Assembly: GCA_032128875.1 (NCBI GenBank)
Contig: JAVLKG010000002.1
Location: forward strand, 960,001 to 1,024,000
Source: Candidatus Melainabacteria bacterium 17Bon1m
GTDB taxonomy: Bacteria > Cyanobacteriota > Vampirovibrionia > Obscuribacterales > Obscuribacteraceae
Direction of reading: 5' to 3'
DNA: 64,000 bases
Shown here piece by piece: positions 1-8,900 of the stretch (position 1 is the stretch's first letter; each line of letters opens with the position of its first letter). Under the pieces are notes generated by a model. That model was not told where the DNA came from. It saw nothing but the letters and a program-made list of their open reading frames with translations, and searched no databases. A program made the translations under genes and the position numbers.

Positions 1-1052
1 ACCATCTCTCTAGAGATGGCCGGGTAATGGAAGTGCTCAGCGAACATCTTTGTCAGGGATGGTACGAAGGATATTTGCTGACCGGACGCCATGGATTTTT
101 CTCTTGCTACGAAGCATTCATTCACATCATCGATTCGATGTTCAACCAGCATGCTAAATGGCTCAAGGTCACGAAAGACATTGCCTGGAGAGCTCCCATT
201 GCTTCATTGAACTATTTGCTTACCTCGCACGTTTGGCGTCAGGACCACAACGGATTCAGTCACCAGGATCCCGGATTTATCGACCATGCAGTAAACAAGA
301 AAGCAGACATCATTCGCGTCTATCTGCCACCGGATGCAAATACGCTTCTCTATGTCACTCATAAGTGTTTGCGTGGACGAGACAAGATAAATATCATCGT
401 CGCCGGTAAACAACCGCAATTGCAGTGGTTGGATATGGACTCCGCTATCAAACACTGCGCTGTCGGTCTGGGAATTTGGGATTGGGCAAGCAACGATCAA
501 GATGGTGAGCCCGATGTCGTAATGGCATGTGCAGGCGATGTCCCGACTTTGGAGACACTGGCTGCCGTATCAATCTTGCGGCAGAATATTCCTGATTTGA
601 AAATCCGCGTGGTTAACGTAGTCGATTTGATGACTCTGCAGCCGGAATCTGAACACCCGCATGGCCTGTCAGATCAGGAGTTTGACTCAATCTTCACCAA
701 AGACAAGCCGATCATATTTGCTTATCACGGCTATCCCTGGTTGATTCATCGCCTGACCTACAGAAGAACCAATCACAAAAACCTTCATGTGCGCGGCTAC
801 AAGGAAGAAGGCACGACTACAACGCCTTTCGACATGACTGTGATGAATCAGCTCGACCGATTCAATCTTGCATTGGATGTTATCGATCGCGTCGCTAAAG
901 TGGAAGGTGTTTCTGCCCGGGCACGTCAATGGCTGCGCGGTAAGCTCATCGACCATAAGCGCCATATTCACGAGAATGGCGAGGATATGGAGGAAGTGCG
1001 CTCATGGAAATGGCCGTTTGCGCTGCCGAAAGAGAAGAAGGGCTGGTCGTGA
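1..1052 (+). CDS. xfp: Phosphoketolase (xylulose-5-P/fructose-6-P), C-terminal part; 5' end lies outside the window
   Basis: Frame is open from the window edge; motifs [38 protein letters not shown] and [14 protein letters not shown] are typical of XFP. Confidence 0.97.
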   Translation, partial: HLSRDGRVMEVLSEHLCQGWYEGYLLTGRHGFFSCYEAFIHIIDSMFNQHAKWLKVTKDIAWRAPIASLNYLLTSHVWRQDHNGFSHQDPGFIDHAVNKKADIIRVYLPPDANTLLYVTHKCLRGRDKINIIVAGKQPQLQWLDMDSAIKHCAVGLGIWDWASNDQDGEPDVVMACAGDVPTLETLAAVSILRQNIPDLKIRVVNVVDLMTLQPESEHPHGLSDQEFDSIFTKDKPIIFAYHGYPWLIHRLTYRRTNHKNLHVRGYKEEGTTTTPFDMTVMNQLDRFNLALDVIDRVAKVEGVSARARQWLRGKLIDHKRHIHENGEDMEEVRSWKWPFALPKEKKGWS

Positions 1053-1056
1053 TAAC

Positions 1057-2241
1057 GTGAATATTCTCGTATTCAACGCCGGCTCAAGCACATTGAAGGC
1101 CAGCCTCTTTAATGAGAATGTCTTTCTGAAGAAGGGCAAAGACGCTTCCTCTCTTTTGCTGGAAACAAACACCAAGGTGTCGGGTGGCAGCAGAGAAACT
1201 TTCAAAAGTGCAGCTTCCGGCGTTGTCGAGAAAATTCTCAAAGATGCGGCTCAGGATAAGAAATCGATTTCGATGATCGGGCATCGGATTGTTCATGGTG
1301 GCAAGAAATTGCGCACCACCACTCTCATTGACCAAAGCGTCATCGATGAAATCGAGGCGAGAGTCGATCTCGCTCCTACGCATAATCCCAATGCTCTCGG
1401 TTGCGTTGACGCTGCAATGTCTATTTTCGGAAATGAAATGCGGCAAGTAGCTGTTTTTGATACTGCTTTCCACCGGACTATTCCAGAGATGCGCAGCCTT
1501 TATCCTGTGCCCGGCGAATGGGACGAGAAATTTGAAATCAGACGATATGGATTCCATGGCATTAATCATGGTTATTGCGCCAGACGCGTTGCCGAGATTT
1601 TGCCGGACGCCGCAGACAGGATAATCATTTGCCATCTAGGCAATGGTTCCTCACTTGCAGCAGTTCTTCATGGCGTTTCGGTGAACACATCGATGGGGTT
1701 TACTCCTTTAGAAGGCTTAATGATGGGCACCAGATGCGGTACTATCGATCCGGGCATAATCTTGCATTTGATCAATCGCGAGAAATTCGATGGAGAACGG
1801 CTTGAACAGATTCTCAATAAAGAATCAGGACTTCTAGCAGTTAGTGCCAAGACAGGCGATATGAGAGAGATTCTAGAAGCAAGAAGTGCTCATGATAAAA
1901 AGGCTGCGCTGGCATTTGATATGTTTATCGACAGACTGTCTCATCACATAGCATCGTTCACAGCTTCGCTGGGCGGGCTAGATACACTTGTATTCACGGG
2001 AGGCATTGGCGAACACTCTTCAGAAGTTCGCCAGGCTGTTGCGGATAATCTTTCTTATCTGGGGATTAAGCTGGACGCGCAAGCAAACAAAGATGCCGTC
2101 GGCGATGCCTACGCAGATGTAACCATATCGGCAAAGAACTCGAAAGTCAGCGTTCTAAAAATTCGTGCTGGGGAAGATTTGGAAATCGCCAGACAATGTT
2201 TTGAATTAGCCAGCTCGCAAGTGTTTTCGTCCTGGCCCTGA
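1057..2241 (+). CDS. ackA: Acetate kinase
   Basis: GTG at 1057 gives (M)NILVFNAGSSTLK; GHRIVHGG, FDTAFH, RRYGFHG, HLGNGSS, TSMGFTPLEG, FTGGIGE; follows xfp directly. Confidence 0.96.
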   Translation: MNILVFNAGSSTLKASLFNENVFLKKGKDASSLLLETNTKVSGGSRETFKSAASGVVEKILKDAAQDKKSISMIGHRIVHGGKKLRTTTLIDQSVIDEIEARVDLAPTHNPNALGCVDAAMSIFGNEMRQVAVFDTAFHRTIPEMRSLYPVPGEWDEKFEIRRYGFHGINHGYCARRVAEILPDAADRIIICHLGNGSSLAAVLHGVSVNTSMGFTPLEGLMMGTRCGTIDPGIILHLINREKFDGERLEQILNKESGLLAVSAKTGDMREILEARSAHDKKAALAFDMFIDRLSHHIASFTASLGGLDTLVFTGGIGEHSSEVRQAVADNLSYLGIKLDAQANKDAVGDAYADVTISAKNSKVSVLKIRAGEDLEIARQCFELASSQVFSSWP

Positions 2242-2252
2242 GGCTTAAGACT

Positions 2253-2783
2253 CTAATTACTCTTCGGTTGCATTGTTCTATAGATGCGTGAGTACTGGCA
2301 ATAATTCTGCCAGCCACGTTCGATTTGACCGCGATCGTCTTCACTCAACTGACGAACGATTTTTCCTGGCACACCCATTACCAGACTGTAGGGTGGAATT
2401 TCTTTGCCCGGCGAAACCACGGCACCGGCTGCAACAATCGAGCCGCGTCCTATCACAGCATGGTCCAAAACCACCGCGCCCATTGCGATCAAGCAATCAG
2501 CCTCAATTCGGCAACCATGCAAAATCGCTCCGTGACCAACTGTGACTCGTTCCGCCACGTACAATCCATGCCTGCCGGTGACATGCAACATGCACCCGTC
2601 CTGGATATTGGTGTTTTCGCCGATTTCAATTGAATTGATATCGCCACGCAAGACGCTGTTAAACCATACGCTTGCGCCTGCAGCAATCTTCACCCGGCCG
2701 ATTAGAACAACGGTTGGGGCGATATATGCGTCTTCGGCGACTTGAGGTTCGTGTCCTTCGAAAGGAATTAGCATGCCATTCAT
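2253..2783 (-). CDS. Gamma-class carbonic anhydrase family (YrdA/CaiE-like) hexapeptide-repeat protein
   Basis: VWFNSVLRGD, NIQDGCMLH, VTVGHGAILHGC (three Zn-ligand His). Confidence 0.92.
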   Translation of the reverse strand: MNGMLIPFEGHEPQVAEDAYIAPTVVLIGRVKIAAGASVWFNSVLRGDINSIEIGENTNIQDGCMLHVTGRHGLYVAERVTVGHGAILHGCRIEADCLIAMGAVVLDHAVIGRGSIVAAGAVVSPGKEIPPYSLVMGVPGKIVRQLSEDDRGQIERGWQNYCQYSRIYRTMQPKSN

Positions 2784-2949
2784 AAGGAAGAGTCTAGCGA
2801 ATTAAAAGCACGTAAACGGTGACTAACTCAACAAAAGAGGATTATCTGATATTGAATTGTGAACCTAAAACAACTAAAGGTCATGCAATGGCGACTTTCG
2901 GGCTGCCAAGATGTTAAAATTAACAACTGGAGTAAAGGAGACGTCACAC

Positions 2950-3222
2950 ATGCCCGTATACGACCAGCCCATGCGGAAGCTTCTTGGAATCCTCTCGCCT
3001 ACTATTTCCTGGCTTAATGAAAAAGGATCGGTAGACGTGAATTCCGTTCCAGAGAATCATTTGGAAGCTATCAAGCAATTGGAGCGTATCGGCGTTGTAC
3101 ATAAGCGCAACAACCGTTGCTATGAATTGCAAAAGATTCGCTTGAAAAAGCTGATGGGCAATCTTGGCATCGAGCAGCTCGTCAATCCAGAGCCGGCAGC
3201 TGCGCCTGTGGAATTGAACTGA
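2950..3222 (+). CDS. Hypothetical protein (~90 aa, possibly winged-helix-like)
   Basis: AAGGAG RBS at 2935-2940 before ATG 2950; IKQLERIGVVHKRNNRCYEL resembles a wHTH helix and wing (inference). Confidence 0.6.
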   Translation: MPVYDQPMRKLLGILSPTISWLNEKGSVDVNSVPENHLEAIKQLERIGVVHKRNNRCYELQKIRLKKLMGNLGIEQLVNPEPAAAPVELN

Positions 3223-3236
3223 TCCTGAACTAGACC

Positions 3237-5663
3237 ATTTTTAAAGATATTGAATTACGAGCGCTGCGTTCGCTTGAGTGGGACAAATTATTAGAGTTCC
3301 TCTCGCAAGAAGCTGAAAGCAAACGCGGAAAAGATCTGTGCCGCCAGGTTTTGCCAGGGCGCGAACGTGCGATTGTCAATGTTTTGCTCGCAGAGTCAGA
3401 TGAGGCGTTGGCGCTGATCTCTCAGCGTACAGGCATGTCGTTCGAGCGCTTGCCGGATCTCGACGAAACATTGAACAGGCTTGAATCTCAGGCTGTTCTT
3501 TCTGAGAGTGAATTGCATGCTTGCCGATTAGCGATGTCGTTGTCCAGGCAGGCTAGAAGGTCACTTTCTCTTCTTGACAATGAAGCATTTCCTGCTCTTC
3601 GCGCATATCTTCCTGCTCTTGCCGATTTCGAAAAGTTGCTAAGAGAGCTCAACGAAATGCTCGATGACGGCGGCAGAGTAAAAGACGATGCGACCCCGCA
3701 TTTAAGAGGTTTGAAAAGTGAAGTTAGACGTCTTGATTCAAAAATCAAAGACGAATTGAATAAAGTTATTCATTCTCAGACTCAGTCAAAAGCTCTTCAA
3801 GAGCCAATTTACACACAGAGAAACGGGCGCTATGTTTTGCCGGTAAGTGCTGCGCAACGGCATGTGGTTCCGGGAATCGTGCACGACAGTTCGCAAAGCG
3901 GATTGACCGTATACGTTGAGCCTATGCCGGTTGTGGAACTCGCAAACAAGCTGAGAATAAAGGAAGCGGAAATCGAACACGAGATTGCTCGCATTCTTTC
4001 CGTTTTGTCTCAACAAGTGTATGCGGGTCGTGATGAGCTTTCACAAGCATTCACTTCTCTGGCAGAATTGGATGCGATTTTTGCCAGGGCTCGCTTTGCC
4101 ACTAAATACGATGGCATTAAACCTGAGTTGAATGAAGAAAATCGTTTTGAATTCATCAGTGTACGTCATCCACTTCTCATACTTCAGTCAGCCAAGGAGA
4201 AGGTTGTTCCTAATACCGTAAGTTTAGGCGGTAAAGATAGAACACTTGTAATTACTGGCCCCAATACGGGCGGTAAAACAGTTCTTCTCAAGACTATCGG
4301 ACTTTTGTCTTTGATGGTCCGCGCCGGCTTGCTTATTCCTGCTGCCCGAGGATCGAAAGCAGCTTTGTTTACTCAGATTTTTGCCGATATTGGAGACGAG
4401 CAATCACTGGCTCAGAGCCTTTCCACATTCTCTTCGCACATGAAGACGATTGTGGAGGTGGTGAAAAGTTCAACGGTCGGTACTCTCGCGCTGCTGGATG
4501 AAATCGGTGTCGGAACGGATCCAAGAGAAGGAGCGGCAATTGCGCGCTCAGTACTCGAGCACCTCAACGATTCGGGAGCCGTCACAGTCAGTACGACCCA
4601 CTTCGGGCAGTTGAAGACTCTTGCTTACAACCTGCCCGGTATGGTGAATGGCAGTTTGGAATTTGATGAAACCACGCTGTCTCCTACCTACCGCTTACGT
4701 ACCGGTATTCCTGGAAGCTCGAAAGGCATTACGATTGCCCGCCGTTTGGGCCTGGATGAAAAACTGGTGGATCTGGCAATTTCTTACCTGGATGTGGCAG
4801 ATGCAGTCATTGATGAAACTGTGGCTCGCCTTGAGGAACGCATCAAGGGACTGGAGTCGAAAGAGGCACTGGCTCAGGAAAAGCTCGTTGAAGCCGAGCG
4901 TTTGACTCAAGAATTGCAGCTCGAAATAGATCGCGAAAGAGCGCAGAGCGAGGAAACCAGGCAAAAGCTCGCTAGCGATCTGAAAGAAGAATTCACTGTA
5001 GCCTTTGAATTAATCAAAGAGACGATAAGAAATCTGCAGAAAGAGCCCAGCATTTCCGGCGCTCAGAAGGCGAAAGAAAAAATGGAGCAGCTCAAAAAAG
5101 AGCTTAACTGGCTCGACTCTCCTGCAAAAAAAGGTGAAAAGACTGCGATCAAACTTTCAGTCGGCGATCGAGTTTCGGTCGTGAGTTTGAACCAGAGGGG
5201 CGTCATTGAAGAGCTTCCCGAAGGTGTGGAAAACAACCCTCGCGGAATTGTTGTCGTTAGGGCGGGTGCTGTCAAACTCAAAGTACCTGCAAGTGATATA
5301 AGACGCATATCGGACGGTGGTCAAAAGTCTGAAAAGGGTCGAGGCGGCGGCAATGCCGGCAAAGCTCGGGGACCTGCGCCTGTTCGTATATACCGAAACG
5401 AAACAAATGTATTTGTTCGCACGGAAATAAATACTCTCGACTTGCGAGGCGAAAGAGTCGATGCCGCGCTCATAAAACTCGAGCAATTTCTGGATGCCTG
5501 CCTGCTTTCCTCAATCAGTCCGGTGATGATTATTCATGGACATGGCACTGGCGCGGTCAAAGATGCCGTGCGGACTTTTCTTTCGAATAGTAACTACGTC
5601 TCGAAATTCCGACCTGGCGAGAACTATGAGGGAGCCGACGGTGTAACGGTCGCTGAATTGTAG
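3237..5663 (+). CDS. mutS2: Endonuclease MutS2 (ribosome-collision sensor RqcU family) with C-terminal Smr domain; start codon uncertain
   Basis: ITGPNTGGKT Walker A, DIGDEQS, LSTFSSHM, LLDEIGVGTDP, Smr LDLRG...IIHGHGTG; MutS2-like N-terminus LRSLEWDKL lies upstream of the first TTG (3351). Confidence 0.93.
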   Translation: MFKDIELRALRSLEWDKLLEFLSQEAESKRGKDLCRQVLPGRERAIVNVLLAESDEALALISQRTGMSFERLPDLDETLNRLESQAVLSESELHACRLAMSLSRQARRSLSLLDNEAFPALRAYLPALADFEKLLRELNEMLDDGGRVKDDATPHLRGLKSEVRRLDSKIKDELNKVIHSQTQSKALQEPIYTQRNGRYVLPVSAAQRHVVPGIVHDSSQSGLTVYVEPMPVVELANKLRIKEAEIEHEIARILSVLSQQVYAGRDELSQAFTSLAELDAIFARARFATKYDGIKPELNEENRFEFISVRHPLLILQSAKEKVVPNTVSLGGKDRTLVITGPNTGGKTVLLKTIGLLSLMVRAGLLIPAARGSKAALFTQIFADIGDEQSLAQSLSTFSSHMKTIVEVVKSSTVGTLALLDEIGVGTDPREGAAIARSVLEHLNDSGAVTVSTTHFGQLKTLAYNLPGMVNGSLEFDETTLSPTYRLRTGIPGSSKGITIARRLGLDEKLVDLAISYLDVADAVIDETVARLEERIKGLESKEALAQEKLVEAERLTQELQLEIDRERAQSEETRQKLASDLKEEFTVAFELIKETIRNLQKEPSISGAQKAKEKMEQLKKELNWLDSPAKKGEKTAIKLSVGDRVSVVSLNQRGVIEELPEGVENNPRGIVVVRAGAVKLKVPASDIRRISDGGQKSEKGRGGGNAGKARGPAPVRIYRNETNVFVRTEINTLDLRGERVDAALIKLEQFLDACLLSSISPVMIIHGHGTGAVKDAVRTFLSNSNYVSKFRPGENYEGADGVTVAEL

Positions 5664-5916
5664 TCCTGCAACCGCGTATTCCTCCCACCCTGGCGTAAAA
5701 ATTTTTTGTCCAGAACTGCAGTCCACTGTATAGAAGCAAGGACTGTCCTCAGTAGGTCGAGCCGACCTAACCCTTACGGAGCCCGACGAGACTTTCCAGG
5801 TTAATTCTTACGCCAATCGGTCTGGGTCTACGTGGTTTTCCCACATACAAATAAGGGAATGATATTTAAGCTGAGTGCAGCATTGGTGCTCCTTTCAGTC
5901 GCGTGAGGTTGTCAAG

Positions 5917-8900
5917 ATGGTCGAAGGGAATCAAGTTCCCGGCGGGGAAGAGATCGGCACACGGAGAGACGTTGTTGCAGAAAACAATGTCCAACCGGCA
6001 GCCGACAGATGGCAGGAAGACTACCAGCGAACGGTAGGTTTCCAGCCTCAGGATGGAACCAGCGAACGACAACAAGTCGCGGCGGGCTACGACCGCAACT
6101 TGGGTTACGACCGCATTGCCGTCGGCAATACGGCGCTCGGTCAACGCATCGACAACATCACCAATCTCCTGGCGATGGGCGAACGCTCCGCCGGAAATCT
6201 GCAAGACGTCAACCGCTTCTACGGCAGAGCACAGAAAGAAGCAGACGACCTTTTCAGTGTTGCCGCTCAGAACGTAATGAAGGGTCGCGAAGACTATCGC
6301 GCCATCCTTTCAGCAAAGAGCCCGCAAGAAGTATTTCAGGGCGTCGAAGCTTCCATTCAGAAGCAGACCCAAGTATTGCAACAACAACTTCAGCAAGAAA
6401 GAGATCCTGCCAGAGCCAGACGACTCGAGCAGATTCTTGCCATGGAGCAAGAGCGCGCTCAGACTCTCGAGCGCATGAAGCAGACGAATAACCCGCAAGA
6501 ACTGAACCGTCTATTAATGTACGACGCGTTCAGTGCTCAGCGTATAGATCTATCTCAGAAGATGATGAATGAGAGAGATCCCAATCAAGTTAGATTGATG
6601 GCCGAAGCAGAACAGAATCTGCACACGGTACAGCGTGCACCTGGTTTTACGCGCGCCAATTACGGCATGCTCCTGATGCGTATGGGGCAATACGATCCAA
6701 ATAGACCGGACAACGCCGCGTTGCGCGCACTTCAAGATGCCGCGTCAGTTGATCCTGAAATGGTCCCTAATCCTAATAGTGCAGATCCGGCACGCCGCAT
6801 GGGCGATCCTAATTTCATGCGCGTTGCATCTGACATCACTCGCATGAGTCCGGACGATCCGAATTTTGCCCGCGCGATGGCCCCTATCTTTAATAGGGAT
6901 ATCAACCGCTCGCCTTCACCGTTGCAGGCTGCAGAAAATACAAATCCGAATGCACGTTATTCGCAAGTTCAAGAACAGCCCTACCAACCTGCAAGAGATG
7001 GCGGTAATCGCCCGCTCGAGCAACAACGCGTAACTGATCAAACACAAGGAGTTACTCCTCTGGTCAATGGAAAGACTCCTTTCCAGCGCGTACAAGAATT
7101 GGGAAAAGTTGTCGAAGCGCAAGGTTTGACACCTGATGTCCGTCAGGCTTATGTATCAGCGATTCAAGATTCTGATAAAGGGACCTCGCCGCGTGTAGCG
7201 GAGCTGCAAGCCCAGCTGGCTCAGCTCGAGCAAAAACAGCAAGCACTCGCTCAAAAGGTTCAAGAAGTTCAGCAAAGTCCTGAAATTGCACAGCTCGTTC
7301 AGTCCGGTATGGCCAAACTGAAGGCACGTCCTGAAGCTGAGCAGCAGCAATTGAAGGCTTTGACCGAGCAATTGCAGAAAACTCAAGATAAAGCGGAGCG
7401 TGAAAAACTGCTCGGCGATATCAATAAGATCTGTCCGGAATTTGTTCAAGTCACAAAATTGCTCGAACAGAAGCTGAAGCCGTTTACCGACGAGCTTCAA
7501 CAAATTCAGCAACAAGGGGCCGCTCTCACCAATGATCTGATTGGTGAAATGAATCAGTCTTCCGCCACTCGCATGGAATATGCCGAGAAGCTCATGAAGT
7601 CTGACAAGCCGGAAGACAAAGAGGCTGCCAAACAACTCCTTATCGAGTCTGTCGCCAAAGCAAAACCGGAACAGCGTGAAGCCTTCGCACAATACGCTCA
7701 GCAGTTGGGACTGACGAAGCAAGAACTCGAACAGGGTCTTGCAAAGATTCCTCAAGCACAAGTCGAGCGTTCCGCCACTCAGCCGGGAGCACAGCCAGGC
7801 GTAGAAACCGGTGAAAGAACCGGCGCCGGCAAACTAATCGACGAAAACAAAAAAGCTTTTGACGCTGCTCAAGACAAGAAAGCCAAACTGGCTGAAATGC
7901 AGGGTTCGTTCAAGAAAGCGATCACTGACGCCGACAAAGAATTCGCCGACGCAGAGACCAGATATAACGCTCTGGATGCAGCTCACACTAAAGCCGCCAA
8001 TGACATGCCGGCTGAGGACAAAGCTAAGTTCCAGAAGATGTTGACGCAAGGCACTCCGGATGCCGAAAAGCAAGCTCTGCAGCAAGAGCTTTCGACCAAG
8101 TACGCAAATATCGTCCAGATGGAAACAGAAATGAAAGCCATCAAAGACGGTGCCCTCGATCTGGCGCTCAACAAATTCGAAGCTCGCTACGAATTTGCCC
8201 GCGCATCGAATTTGGGCGGCGATGATGCCACTGCTAAAGCAATGATGTCCGAAGGGATCAAGACCCTCACTAAGGATGTAGGCACTGAGCTGACCGCCAA
8301 GGTGATGGAAGATCCAGGCGTTGCAGATGTGGCTAAGAAACTCGGCGTTGATGCGAATGCACTGATGAAAGAGGCAGCCGCCGAAGCTCCAGCTGCACAA
8401 CCGGGCAGTGATACCGCAGGCGCTACCGGTGACTTGCAAGGCACCTTGCGCGTTGCTAATGCTCGCATGCAGAAGGGCGATATTGCCGGCGCCAAGCAAG
8501 CTTACGAATCAGCCATCAAGATGGTTGATGCTTCATTCAATCCTGACGAGAACAACAGGAAGATCAAAGAAGCTCAAGATCTACTCGAAAAAGGCAATCT
8601 CACGATTGAGCAGCGCCTGCAAAAACAACAGGAAATTGCAGGTTATTTCAACCAAGCCTACCAGGCATTCGATATAAGAAGCGGATACGCCAGAATTTTG
8701 GCGCACCCGAACTACAATCAAAACGCCGCCGCTGAAGCAGCATTCAAAGATGCGGTGGCCGCAGCAGACAAAGTACCGGTTCAAGCAATGAAGCGTCAAA
8801 TCGGCTTGCTTGCAAACGATATCGGTACCTTCCAAACTGCATACGAACAAGCGACCGGCGACAGAAAGACTCAAATCGAACAAGCGCAGGCTTTCCTTAG

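Noticed and set aside
868-1056. N-terminal extension of ackA overlapping xfp
   Set aside because: The acetate kinase signature starts at GTG 1057; the extension is an ORF-caller artefact.
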